Of a DNA stretch of 59,436 nucleotides, positions 45,757 through 55,633 are shown piece after piece. A program made the translations under genes and the position numbers. The stretch is from Candidatus Yanofskybacteria bacterium RIFCSPHIGHO2_01_FULL_41_21 (GTDB taxonomy: Bacteria; Patescibacteriota; Minisyncoccia; 2-02-FULL-40-12; GWA2-44-9), in assembly GCA_001794025.1 (NCBI GenBank), contig MGJA01000013.1:1-59436 (forward strand). The letters are read 5' to 3'. The notes beneath the pieces were generated by a model. That model was not told the origin of the DNA. It saw only the letters and a list, made by a program, of their open reading frames with translations, and searched no databases. The first letter of the stretch is position 1; the number at the start of each line of letters is the position of its first letter.

Positions 45757-46155
45757 ATGAAGATCAATCTTCCTAAAAATGACAGTAAATATCATTGGAC
45801 CAATCATGTGGCCCAGAAAATGATATACTATGGATTATCAGCTGATAGGGTAAAACGGGTCATACGTAGTCCCCACCGAAGTGAAAAAGGTATTGCCCCT
45901 GATACGATTGCGGTGATGTGTCCAGGGAAAGCCCTTCGACAAGCTCAGGGCAAACCTGCGGTTTGGAAAGAAGAAATTTGGGTGATGTATGCGACGGCGA
46001 AGCCGTCAAAATTTAAAGATGACAAGTTTAAAAATTTAAATATTCCCAAAAAAGTAATAATAACCGCTTGGCGTTATCCTGGCAAAAGCCCTGTTCGTGA
46101 AGCCATCCCTATCCCCAACGATATTCTGGAAGAACTAAAAAATATAAAATACTAA
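45757..46155 (+). CDS. Hypothetical protein (WT.H...K / IITAWRYPG pattern, DUF4258-like) with an in-frame repeat insertion
   Basis: 132-aa ORF translationally coupled to nfo. Confidence 0.7.
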   Translation: MKINLPKNDSKYHWTNHVAQKMIYYGLSADRVKRVIRSPHRSEKGIAPDTIAVMCPGKALRQAQGKPAVWKEEIWVMYATAKPSKFKDDKFKNLNIPKKVIITAWRYPGKSPVREAIPIPNDILEELKNIKY

Positions 46156-46988
46156 TGAGAAGAATTGGATGTCATGTGAGTATCGCGGGAGGAATTGTGA
46201 ATGCGCCGGAGAGGGCGGGGGAATTGGGGTGCGAGGTTTTTCAGATGTTTACGAGGTCACCTCAAGGCGGAGCGGCGCCAAAAATTACGCCAGAGATTGA
46301 AAAAGAATTTAAGGAACAGATGGAAAAACATGGTCAGAAGGAATGCTATATCCATGCTCCGTACTACATTAATTTTGCATCTTCCAATAAAGCTATTCGC
46401 TCGGCATCAGCCAGGGTTATTAGAGAGGAACTTGAGCGGGGCAGTCAAATCGGTGCTAAGTACGTTATGTTTCATCCTGGGAGTGCGAAAGATATGGATC
46501 GAGCCGAAGCTCTCAAAATAACCGCCGAAGGCGTGGCGAAGGTTATGAATGGCTATTCGGGCTCAACTGAACTGTTATTAGAGGTCTCGGCCGGCGCAGG
46601 GAATGTAATGGGCGATACATTTGAAGAATTGAGAGATATAATCAAAATGAGCGGTTATAATTTAGGTGTTTGTCTGGATACGGCTCACATTTTTGCTAGT
46701 GGTTATGACATTAGAACTGAAGAGGCAATGAAGAAAACTTTAACCGATATCTCTAAAACCATCGGCAAGGATTCAATTAAACTGATTCATTCTAACGATT
46801 CTAAAATTGATTTAGGTGGTCGTCGGGATAGACATGAGCATATCGGCGATGGCAAGATTGGCCGGGAAGCGTTTGGATATCTAATGTCCACTTTTAATCT
46901 TGACTTCATACTAGAGACAGAGCATGATAAAGTAGAAGAGGATATTAAAGCCCTGAAGGATATCAGGGCTAAAATTTCCGATAATTAA
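46155..46988 (+). CDS. nfo: Endonuclease IV
   Basis: HAPYYIN, HPGS, CLDTAH, HSNDSK, DRHEHIG, ILET. Confidence 0.93.
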   Translation: MRRIGCHVSIAGGIVNAPERAGELGCEVFQMFTRSPQGGAAPKITPEIEKEFKEQMEKHGQKECYIHAPYYINFASSNKAIRSASARVIREELERGSQIGAKYVMFHPGSAKDMDRAEALKITAEGVAKVMNGYSGSTELLLEVSAGAGNVMGDTFEELRDIIKMSGYNLGVCLDTAHIFASGYDIRTEEAMKKTLTDISKTIGKDSIKLIHSNDSKIDLGGRRDRHEHIGDGKIGREAFGYLMSTFNLDFILETEHDKVEEDIKALKDIRAKISDN

Positions 46989-47056
46989 TTACTAATTTCT
47001 AAAAATCCGGGTTCTTGTTTAGAACTTGAGATGATTATAAATTAGATATTTTGCAG

Positions 47057-47311
47057 ATGATGTATTATCCAAATTATCCGGGATACTCGGATAGTGGAAT
47101 GTGGTGGTTGAGTACACCGATAGGGTTGGGTATTGGTTCTCTTTTCGCGGTGTTTATTTTGTGGAGTTTATTCTGGAAGGGAATGTCCCTCTGGAAATCC
47201 GCTCGCCACGGGCACAAATGGTGGTTTATCGCCCTTTTGCTTATAAATACCGCCGGTATTCTGGATATTCTCTATATCTACGTTTTCTCAAAGAGAATGA
47301 AGAAGGGCTAA
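47057..47311 (+). CDS. DUF5652-like membrane protein
   Basis: WSLFWKG.SLW.SAR...WFIALLLINTAGILDILY. Confidence 0.8.
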   Translation: MMYYPNYPGYSDSGMWWLSTPIGLGIGSLFAVFILWSLFWKGMSLWKSARHGHKWWFIALLLINTAGILDILYIYVFSKRMKKG

Positions 47312-48546
47312 GAGTTAAACTTTTTCAGGAATTTTGTTTTGTAACTTTGATACGAGCCACGCGCGAGCGAGGCTCGTATTTCGTTTAAAAGATTATTAAA
47401 GAACCACATATTGTGCATTAGGCACCATCTCTGACCTTTTGCATTTAATTCACGGTCTTCGTTTTTAATCAAAGCCCTAATTTTAGAGCGGGATATTTTA
47501 GAGGAACAAGTCAAACAACCGCAACCTTTTTCAATCACTTTTTTGTCGTTTGAAAAAGCGCCTCGGCGAATATCCATGTGACCGGTTTTGGTATAGAGCC
47601 GACCGTGACGGGCTTCACGGGTGGGGATGACGCAATCAAAAGTATCAATACCATTATCTATTGCTTCAAAGACATCCGCTACTTTACCGACACCTAATAA
47701 ATGACGGGGTTTTTCTTCTGGTAAATAAGGAACGACCCATTTCAACATTTTTGAAATTTGTTTTTTAGTGTATGACCCACCAATACCGAAACCGTCAAAA
47801 GGCATAAAGCCGATTGATTTAGCGCTTTTAATCCGAAGATCTTTAAATAACCCGCCTTGAACTATGCCAAATAACATTTGTTTTGGATCCCTTGTTTTTA
47901 AACATATCTTTGCCCATTTATCTGTAAGCTCAACTGCTTTTCTATTATATTCATAATCATCTAACGGTGAAGTGATCTGGTCAAAGGCAAATATAATATC
48001 TGCCCCGATCTTGCTTTGGAGTTTCATGGATAATTTCGGACCCAAAAACGATTTTTCTCCTTTAAAATTAAAATGAACTCCTTTTTGAGTAATCCTAATC
48101 TTACTGCGTTTATAACTCGCATCTGGCTTAGAATCGCCCGTCATAAATTTTCCGACTTTATTTTTATCACCAAAAGCCAGCGATAATACTTGAAACCCGC
48201 CACTATCGGTCATAGTCGGGATATTTAAACCTAATTTTTGTGTTAAAAATGTGTCTAATTTTTTGTTTTTTTCCGCCAGTTGGCGCATTGACTTATTACT
48301 TTGCAACACGGTATCCCAGAGGTGGAAGGTATTGGCAATGACTAGTTGCGATTTTGTTTTGGGAATATCACTTGGTTTGAGATGGAGAAACTTGCCATAA
48401 GTCCCAACGAACACATAGGATGGTGTTTTGATGATGCCATGAGGAGTTGTTAAAATACCCAAACGGGCTCTTGTTTGCTTGTCTTTTTTAATGATAGTAA
48501 ACCCCGCCGTTGAAGAATGATGTGTCTTTTTTATAGTGTTTATCAT
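47308..48546 (-). CDS. tgt: tRNA-guanine transglycosylase
   Basis: ANTFHL, DSGGFQV, GIVQGG, HLLGVG, DCVIPTR, CxCxxC...H zinc site. Confidence 0.92.
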   Translation of the reverse strand: MINTIKKTHHSSTAGFTIIKKDKQTRARLGILTTPHGIIKTPSYVFVGTYGKFLHLKPSDIPKTKSQLVIANTFHLWDTVLQSNKSMRQLAEKNKKLDTFLTQKLGLNIPTMTDSGGFQVLSLAFGDKNKVGKFMTGDSKPDASYKRSKIRITQKGVHFNFKGEKSFLGPKLSMKLQSKIGADIIFAFDQITSPLDDYEYNRKAVELTDKWAKICLKTRDPKQMLFGIVQGGLFKDLRIKSAKSIGFMPFDGFGIGGSYTKKQISKMLKWVVPYLPEEKPRHLLGVGKVADVFEAIDNGIDTFDCVIPTREARHGRLYTKTGHMDIRRGAFSNDKKVIEKGCGCLTCSSKISRSKIRALIKNEDRELNAKGQRWCLMHNMWFFNNLLNEIRASLARGSYQSYKTKFLKKFNS

Positions 48547-48655
48547 ATATAACGTTATTTTATACTGCTCTTCAACGGCGGGGTAAACATAGTGCGTTAT
48601 GATATCATGAAAAGCAGATTTTGACTAAGAGATTTGATTTGATATGATTGATGAC

Positions 48656-48961
48656 ATGGCAAGCAAAAAAGACAAAATGACAATTGAGGACTTGGCGGGG
48701 ATGATTGAACGTAATCTTCCCACCAAGGAAGATGTAAAAAAACTTAGATTTGAAATTGAAGGTCAAATTAGTGGATTGAGAAGTGAATTGAAGGACGAAA
48801 TTTGGGGATTTAGAACCGAGTTAAAAAATGAGATTCAGGAAGTCAAGGTAGAATTAGAGGAAGTTCACGATATTGTTAAAAGGATTGACGGAAAAGATTT
48901 GCCGAATCTTAAACGTCGGGTGACCACTATTGAATCAATTATAAAACCTCTTAGAAAATAA
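48656..48961 (+). CDS. Coiled-coil hypothetical protein
   Basis: MTIEDLAGMI start, heptad and 11-residue repeats; TTGACT-16-TATGAT upstream. Confidence 0.7.
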   Translation: MASKKDKMTIEDLAGMIERNLPTKEDVKKLRFEIEGQISGLRSELKDEIWGFRTELKNEIQEVKVELEEVHDIVKRIDGKDLPNLKRRVTTIESIIKPLRK

Positions 48962-48963
48962 CT

Positions 48964-49200
48964 ATGACAAAAATCACCATCTACAGCACACCAACTTGCC
49001 ATTTCTGTCACTTAGCTAAGGAATATTTTAAATCCAAGGGTTGGGAATATGAAGATATAAATGTTGCCGGCAATATTGAAAAACAAAAGGAACTTGTCGC
49101 CAAGTCCGGTCAGTTCGGTGTGCCGGTCATCTTGATTGATGGCAAAATGATTATCGGTTTTGACCGCCCCAAAATAAATCAATTAATGGGAGTCAACTAA
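48964..49200 (+). CDS. Glutaredoxin/NrdH-like redoxin
   Basis: YSTPTCHFC, GVPVI, IIGFD. Confidence 0.9.
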   Translation: MTKITIYSTPTCHFCHLAKEYFKSKGWEYEDINVAGNIEKQKELVAKSGQFGVPVILIDGKMIIGFDRPKINQLMGVN

Positions 49201-49375
49201 CGGTTAAGAAATATTTTCAATAAAGTACCGATAATCGGCCGGCTCCTGCGGCCGGCCGTCATCTAGACGCTCGCCCCCTCACCAAGCACCAAGCTTCGGG
49301 GGTTCGTCAATTGGCTAAAGCAAATTGACCTGCGCGACTTACTTTGTTTGCAAATATTTCTTAATCCGATATCTT

Positions 49376-49957
49376 ATGAAGTTTGAACTGCCAAAACTTG
49401 GGTACAGTTATGATGCGCTTGAGCCGTATATTGATGCCAAGACGATGGAGATTCACCATACCAAGCATCATCAGGCCTACATAGACAAACTTAATGCAGT
49501 TTTAGAAAAATATCCTGATTTGGGGAGTATGACCATTGAAGAACTTTTGAAAAATCTTGACACTCTCAAGGTGGAGGAAGCTGATCGCACGGCTATTCGT
49601 AATCATGGCGGGGGATACCTTAATCATTCTTTGTTTTGGATAATTATGGATCCGTCTAATCAGAAAAATGAATCATTGATTACAGATATAACAGCGACAT
49701 TTGGTTCTTTAGATGATTTTAAAAAACAATTTACCGATATTGCAACAAAACAATTCGGTTCAGGTTGGGCCTGGCTCGTTCGTGATGAGCAAGAAAAATT
49801 GCAACTGTACAGTACTTCCAATCAGGATTCCCCGTATCTTAGGGGTCATACACCATTGATCAGTCTAGATGTTTGGGAACACGCCTATTACCTAAAATAT
49901 CAAAATCGCCGACCAGAATATATTGAAAACTGGTGGCAGGTGATTAAGTTTATTTAA
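49376..49957 (+). CDS. sodA: Fe/Mn superoxide dismutase (Mn-type signatures)
   Basis: HHTKHH, NHGGG..NH, FGSGWAWL, NQD, DVWEHAYY. Confidence 0.93.
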   Translation: MKFELPKLGYSYDALEPYIDAKTMEIHHTKHHQAYIDKLNAVLEKYPDLGSMTIEELLKNLDTLKVEEADRTAIRNHGGGYLNHSLFWIIMDPSNQKNESLITDITATFGSLDDFKKQFTDIATKQFGSGWAWLVRDEQEKLQLYSTSNQDSPYLRGHTPLISLDVWEHAYYLKYQNRRPEYIENWWQVIKFI

Positions 49958-49959
49958 TT

Positions 49960-51420
49960 CTATTGCCAGGTATTAAACCAGAAACGGTTTTGGAGTTGGT
50001 TGGCTTCAAGGGGGAGGCCATAGGAAAGTGGAGCGAAAAATAGGAAGGCAAGGCCGGCAAGGATAATAACCGTCATAAATATTTTTTTACGTTTCGGATG
50101 CTGGTCTATGAGATAGGCAAGAGTGAGAATGGCAAAAATAAGAGCCGAGAGATAATGATAGAGGAACATCACCCGACCGATACCAATAAAAGGCAGATAA
50201 TTTATCACGTAACCGCCTATCAGAATCATGAAGCATGAATCATGAATCATGGATTTCTGACTTGCTTCTTGCTTCTTGTTTCTTGCTTCGACTTCAATAT
50301 GTTTCCATGCTTTATATTTTCTGCTTACAAAATCAAACAGAGTAGAAATCAATAAGTAAAGAATAGCGACCGTGGAGGCCCACCAGATGAATGGATTACC
50401 AATGAGATAAATTTTTGATTGGGTGGGAGTGTCTATGGACGATTGGTTCCAATAATAGATAGGACGAACCATAAATGGCCAGGTGTACCATTGGGAACTA
50501 TAAGGATGGGTGGCGGTGAGATTTTTATTAGCTGTATACATTTCTGCGTTTAATTCTATAAATTTCTGAAATATATTGAGTGGTTTAAGATTTGAATCAT
50601 CAGCGTAATCGGAATCCTGAAGAGAGCTTTGGAATTCCGGCGTCATAAAGGCGTCACCATCACCGGATTTAGTAAGGAGAGAAAAATGAATAACAAATAT
50701 AGAAAAATAAATTGTAAGTGGAATTATTACAAAGAAAACGAACAACTTGGCAATAGCCAATAGTGAGTAGCGAATAGTTAGAGTATTATTTTTTACTGTG
50801 TGTATGAGTTCTATTAGCCCAACCAATCCAAGAAAGGCGATACCGGTCCATTTGATAGAAAAAGCAAGACCACCAAAGATAGACATGAGAATTAGGAAGT
50901 AGGAATTAGGAATTAGGTCGGAGGAATCCGAAGAGTGAGATCTATATTTGAAATAAAACAAAAGAGAGGCAAATCCAAATAGGAGCAAGAAGGGATCAAG
51001 GAGAATAAGGCGTGATTGGGTAAGGAGAGAGTTTTCAAGGGCAATTAACATGCCGGCACCGAATGCTCCTAGGATTGAAAATCCCAGTTCAAGGGCTAAG
51101 AGATAAATAATAATCGGTAGCAACATCCCAGCCAACATTGGCAGAAAACGTAAAGCCAGGTATTTATTATCCGGGAATTTTTGACCAATTTCAGCAAAGC
51201 TGTATTCTGGGGAAAAATTGAACAATTTTGCGAATCCAGCGATGATAAGCTTGCCTCCAGGTGGATGAATGTCAAAATAGTATTGATGGGTATAATAACC
51301 CGAAACAAACTTACCAAAGTGGACTTCATCAAAAACCGTTTCATTGGGTCGGCCGAAAAAAGCAAAGTGGACGGCGATACTAACGAGGATGAGGATAATT
51401 ATACTTGTCTTCTTGTTCAT
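49960..51420 (-). CDS. Protein O-mannosyltransferase (GT39/PMT)
   Basis: VFDEVHF, DIHPPGGK, SRLILLD, KWTG, HPYSS.W..WP, RVMFLYHY. Confidence 0.88.
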   Translation of the reverse strand: MNKKTSIIILILVSIAVHFAFFGRPNETVFDEVHFGKFVSGYYTHQYYFDIHPPGGKLIIAGFAKLFNFSPEYSFAEIGQKFPDNKYLALRFLPMLAGMLLPIIIYLLALELGFSILGAFGAGMLIALENSLLTQSRLILLDPFLLLFGFASLLFYFKYRSHSSDSSDLIPNSYFLILMSIFGGLAFSIKWTGIAFLGLVGLIELIHTVKNNTLTIRYSLLAIAKLFVFFVIIPLTIYFSIFVIHFSLLTKSGDGDAFMTPEFQSSLQDSDYADDSNLKPLNIFQKFIELNAEMYTANKNLTATHPYSSQWYTWPFMVRPIYYWNQSSIDTPTQSKIYLIGNPFIWWASTVAILYLLISTLFDFVSRKYKAWKHIEVEARNKKQEASQKSMIHDSCFMILIGGYVINYLPFIGIGRVMFLYHYLSALIFAILTLAYLIDQHPKRKKIFMTVIILAGLAFLFFAPLSYGLPLEANQLQNRFWFNTWQ

Positions 51421-51526
51421 TATGTCCATAATATAATAAGAAAAGGATTTAGTCATTAGGACTTAGGACCTAGTAACTAAAAACAAGAGAATAATCACTA
51501 TGTCCTAATCGCTAATTACTATCCAC

Positions 51527-52492
51527 ATGTTTGACTTAATTATCATTGGTGGTTCGGCGGCTGCTACGACGGCTGGTGTTTATGCGGCCCGTCGCGGTCT
51601 CAATCCCGCCCGACCGGATGACTCCGGTCAGTCGGGCGGGTTTAAAATAATTACCAAAGAATTTGGGGGTGAAGTGGCGACATCGGGTGAAATTGAAAAT
51701 TGGCCCGGCATTGTTCATACGGATGGCCTATCACTTGCTGAACAATTTAGGGTCCATCTAAATACTAATCATGTTACCCCAGAAGAAGGTGTGGTGGTTT
51801 CATCAATTACCAAACAGATTGATGGTAATTTTGTAATTTCTACTGAAGTTGATGGAGAAAAAAAAGAATATACATCTCGAGCCGTTATTGTTACAACCGG
51901 CGTTCATCCTAAGGAACTTGGTGTTCCCGGAGAGAAAGAGTTTAGAAACAAAGGTGTTACTTATTGTACAACTTGTGATGGGCCGTTATTTCAAGGTAAA
52001 ATCACAACTGTTGTTGGTGGGGGCAATTCCGCCCTTGAATCGGCGTTGATGCTGGCCGATATTGCTTCACAGGTCTTTGTTGTAAATAAAAACGACAAGT
52101 TTAAGGGTGAACAGATTTTGATTGATAAGCTTAATGCCAGACAAAATGTTAAGATTATTTATCAAGCCAAGACCACGGAAATAAAAGGCGATTCAGCAGG
52201 CGGACTTGTTTCTGAATTAGTGTATACTGATTCAAGTGGGGTATTACAAACTTTAAAAACTGACGGCGTATTTATTCATATCGGTATGGTTCCAAATTCT
52301 GGAATTGTACCCGAAGATATTTTGAAAGATAAATTTGGTCAAATTATTGTTGATGATCATTGTGCCACAAATATCCCGGGGTTATTTGCCGCCGGTGACG
52401 TGACTGATGTCCCATTTAAACAAATCGTAATTGCCGCCGGCCAAGGATGTATTGCTACCCTGTCCGCAGTAGAATACCTCAATAGAAAGTAA
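51527..52492 (+). CDS. trxB: Thioredoxin reductase-like FAD/NADPH oxidoreductase with a 12-aa in-frame insertion
   Basis: CTTCDG, VVGGGNSA, FAAGDV. Confidence 0.9.
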   Translation: MFDLIIIGGSAAATTAGVYAARRGLNPARPDDSGQSGGFKIITKEFGGEVATSGEIENWPGIVHTDGLSLAEQFRVHLNTNHVTPEEGVVVSSITKQIDGNFVISTEVDGEKKEYTSRAVIVTTGVHPKELGVPGEKEFRNKGVTYCTTCDGPLFQGKITTVVGGGNSALESALMLADIASQVFVVNKNDKFKGEQILIDKLNARQNVKIIYQAKTTEIKGDSAGGLVSELVYTDSSGVLQTLKTDGVFIHIGMVPNSGIVPEDILKDKFGQIIVDDHCATNIPGLFAAGDVTDVPFKQIVIAAGQGCIATLSAVEYLNRK

Positions 52493-52560
52493 TTAATATA
52501 ATTAGAACTTAGAAAAAATAAAAAACTAAGTACCAATAACTAATTCCTAAATACTAATTT

Positions 52561-53004
52561 ATGATTTATATAGGAGCTGACCACAGAGGATTCGAACTAA
52601 AAGAAAAGTTAAAAGAGTTTTTTGATGAGCTTAATTTTGAATATGAAGATGTAGGTGCATTAGAACTTAATCCTGATGATGACTATCCGGAATTTGCTTT
52701 GAAAGTTGCTAAGAGTATTGACGACCATGAAGACCGAGGGATTGTTATTTGCGGTTCAGGGGTGGGTGTAGATGAGGTGGCTAATAAGGTTTCGGGTGTT
52801 CGTTGTGGCCTGGCTATTAACAAAGAACAGATTAGAGCTGCCCGCCACGATGATGACATAAACGTTCTTGCTTTGGCTTCCGATCATACTTCCGAAGAGG
52901 ACGTGAAAGATATTGTTAAAATATTTTTGGATACTGATTTTTCCGGCGAAGAACGCTATAAACGTCGGATTCATGAAGTGGAAAACATAGAAGAAGAGTA
53001 TTAG
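52561..53004 (+). CDS. rpiB: Ribose-5-phosphate isomerase B
   Basis: GADHRG, DDYP, CGSGVG, ANKV, F.GEERYKRRI. Confidence 0.9.
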   Translation: MIYIGADHRGFELKEKLKEFFDELNFEYEDVGALELNPDDDYPEFALKVAKSIDDHEDRGIVICGSGVGVDEVANKVSGVRCGLAINKEQIRAARHDDDINVLALASDHTSEEDVKDIVKIFLDTDFSGEERYKRRIHEVENIEEEY

Positions 53005-53011
53005 GACAGCT

Positions 53012-53119
53012 AGAACTAACCTTTTCGCCCCAGACCCGGGGAACCATTCGCCAGCCGGCGGACCGACGGTTCCCCCGCAAGCGGGACCCCTTCCGCTACT
53101 GGGTCAAAGAGTAGGTTCT
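53012..53119. repeat. Structured repeat, copy B
   Basis: CCCCAGACCC...GGGACCCCTTCCGCTACTGGGTC core inside a different outer stem. Confidence 0.85.
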
Positions 53120-53129
53120 TCCTTCAAAC

Positions 53130-54863
53130 ATGAATTTAGAGGGGTTACATATTAAGGGTGATATCACGACCGCTGATGCGGATCGTGTTCGTTATTCTCA
53201 TGATGCGAGTATTTTTGAAGTTAAACCGGAAGTCATCATTTATCCCAAGGATAGTGAAGATGTAAAAAATCTCGTGAGATGGGTTGGGGAGCATAAGGCC
53301 GAACAGCCCTTCGACGATGCTCAGGGTAAACCCGAAATTTCATTGACTGCTCGTTCGGCCGGTTCAGATATGTCCGGCGGACCACTGAATGATTCTATTA
53401 TTCTTGATTTCACTAAGTATTTTAATCATGTTTTGGAAGTAGGCAATGAATATGCAGTGACGGAACCCGGTGTGTATTATCGGGATTTTGAAAAGGAAAC
53501 TTTGGCTAAGGGTTTACTCTTGCCTTCCTATCCCGCTTCTAGGGAAATATGTGCGATGGGTGGTATTGTTGCCAACAATTCTGGCGGTGAAAAATCTCTG
53601 GCATATGGAAAGACCGAGAAATATATTGAGGAATTAAATGTTGTTTTATCTGATGGTAATGAATATGTTTTCCGATCCCTGACTCCTGAAGAATTGGAAA
53701 TTAAAAAATCCCAAAATGATTTTGAAGGCCAGATTTATCGAGAGATGCATGCTCTCATCGAATCCAATTATGATGCGATTCAAAAAGCGAAACCGGATGT
53801 TTCTAAAAATTCTGCCGGTTATAATTTGTGGGATGTTTTAGTGCCTATAAATGAACTTGATCCCGTACGAAGTCGCGCTCGCGACTCTGTCGCGAGTCCA
53901 AAGGACCGTGGCGCGGCTACTTCGTACGGGATGAATCTGAATAAATTATTTGTCGGTTCGCAGGGTACCCTTGGTCTAGTCACTAAAATAAAATTTAAAC
54001 TCATTAAACCTAAAAAGTATTCAAAACTTTTGGTTATCTTTTTGAATGATCTTGCTCCTCTTGGTGATTTGGTTAATGAAGTGATGCAGTTTAAACCCGA
54101 AAGTTTTGAGACCTATGATGACCAGACACTAAAACTAGCTATTCGATTTTTGCCGGATCTTATAAAAAAAATGAAAGGCAGTGCCTTGTCTTTATTCTTT
54201 GAATTTACACCGGAAGCGATAATGATTCTGACTGGTGGTCTGCCAAAACTGGTCCTGCTCGCAGAATTTACAAGTGATGACGAATCGGAAGTTGATGAAA
54301 AATTGGCAAAGGTGCAGCAAATTGTTGAGTCAAAATTTAAAGCCAAGACCCATATTACTAAAGATTCCGAAGAAGCGGAAAAATACTGGACTATTCGCCG
54401 TGAGAGTTTTGCTTTGTTACGAAAACACGTTGGGGATAAACACACAGCACCGTTTATTGATGATGTGATCGTTCATGTTGACCAGTTGCCGACATTTCTC
54501 CCTAAACTTAACCAATTAGTCGGTGAATATCCCGGATTAACTTACACCATTGCCGGCCATGCCGGTGATGCAAATTTTCATGTTATCCCGTTGATGGATT
54601 TTCATAACGAAGCCAATCGTCAAGCTATCCCCGAATTGTCTGAAAAGGTCTATGATTTGGTTGTTTCATTGCACGGTTCAATTACCGCTGAACATAATGA
54701 CGGGCTGATTCGTACACCTTACCTTGGAAAAATGTATAGTCCGGAAATTATAGAATTATTTAAAAAAACCAAACAAATATTTGATCCGCAAAATATTTTT
54801 AATCCGCGCAAAAAAGTCGGTGGAACATTACAATACTCACTGGCACATATTTCAAAAGAATGA
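53130..54863 (+). CDS. FAD-linked oxidase (GlcD/D-lactate dehydrogenase-like) with two in-frame repeat insertions
   Basis: RSAGSDMSG, EPGV, ANNSGG, GSQGTLG, GHAGDANFH, SITAEHNDG. Confidence 0.88.
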   Translation: MNLEGLHIKGDITTADADRVRYSHDASIFEVKPEVIIYPKDSEDVKNLVRWVGEHKAEQPFDDAQGKPEISLTARSAGSDMSGGPLNDSIILDFTKYFNHVLEVGNEYAVTEPGVYYRDFEKETLAKGLLLPSYPASREICAMGGIVANNSGGEKSLAYGKTEKYIEELNVVLSDGNEYVFRSLTPEELEIKKSQNDFEGQIYREMHALIESNYDAIQKAKPDVSKNSAGYNLWDVLVPINELDPVRSRARDSVASPKDRGAATSYGMNLNKLFVGSQGTLGLVTKIKFKLIKPKKYSKLLVIFLNDLAPLGDLVNEVMQFKPESFETYDDQTLKLAIRFLPDLIKKMKGSALSLFFEFTPEAIMILTGGLPKLVLLAEFTSDDESEVDEKLAKVQQIVESKFKAKTHITKDSEEAEKYWTIRRESFALLRKHVGDKHTAPFIDDVIVHVDQLPTFLPKLNQLVGEYPGLTYTIAGHAGDANFHVIPLMDFHNEANRQAIPELSEKVYDLVVSLHGSITAEHNDGLIRTPYLGKMYSPEIIELFKKTKQIFDPQNIFNPRKKVGGTLQYSLAHISKE

Positions 54864-55525
54864 TTCAAATTTTACCCGCTATTCTGGCTGAGACACCGGA
54901 ACAATTCAAACAGATGGTGGAAAAGGTCTCTCCTTTTGCGTCTGTCCTGCATCTGGACACATCTGATGGAGTTTTTACAGATACTAAATTTATTGGCCCG
55001 GATGTCCTGGCATCTTCACCGGCAAATATTGAATGGAGTGCACATTTGATGGTTCAAAATCCTGAAAATATTATTTTGTCCTGGCTGGATCTGCCGAATG
55101 TTAAAAGGATTATTTTCCACATTGAGACCACTGACCCCGCTCTTGTCCACAAGGACGGGGTAAACAAAACTCAAGAAATCATTGATACTGTACACAATGC
55201 CGGGAAGGAGATAGGGATTGCGTTAAATCCAGAGACCAACATAGAAGCGGTGGAACCATTCATGGAGCAGGTTGATTTTGTCCAATTTATGTCAGTCCAT
55301 CCCGGTCAGTATGGTGCAGAGTTTCTGCCTGATGTTCTGAATAAGGTCAGTGATTTTCATATTAAACACCCAAATGTTAAAATAGCGATTGACGGAGGAG
55401 TTAATCCTGAACGGATACCGGCAATGCAAAAAGCGGGCGTTTCAATTTTTATCTCCGGAGGATATATTATGAATAGCGATAATCCTGAAAAAGCAATCGC
55501 AGAACTGAAGGATAGATTTCGTTAA
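54860..55525 (+). CDS. rpe: Ribulose-phosphate 3-epimerase
   Basis: PAIL, HLD.SDG, AHLMV, FHIE, MSVHPG, IDGGV. Confidence 0.9.
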   Translation: MIQILPAILAETPEQFKQMVEKVSPFASVLHLDTSDGVFTDTKFIGPDVLASSPANIEWSAHLMVQNPENIILSWLDLPNVKRIIFHIETTDPALVHKDGVNKTQEIIDTVHNAGKEIGIALNPETNIEAVEPFMEQVDFVQFMSVHPGQYGAEFLPDVLNKVSDFHIKHPNVKIAIDGGVNPERIPAMQKAGVSIFISGGYIMNSDNPEKAIAELKDRFR

Positions 55526-55625
55526 GAATTAGTCCTTTGCCCCAGACCCATGAAACCAGTCCCGTCGGTTTCCCCAGCTTCGCTGGGACCCCTTCCGCTA
55601 CTGGGTCCAAGGACTAATTTTTAAC
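55521..55625. repeat. Structured repeat, copy C
   Basis: Same core inside a 17-bp outer stem. Confidence 0.85.
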
Positions 55626-55633
55626 TACAACAT

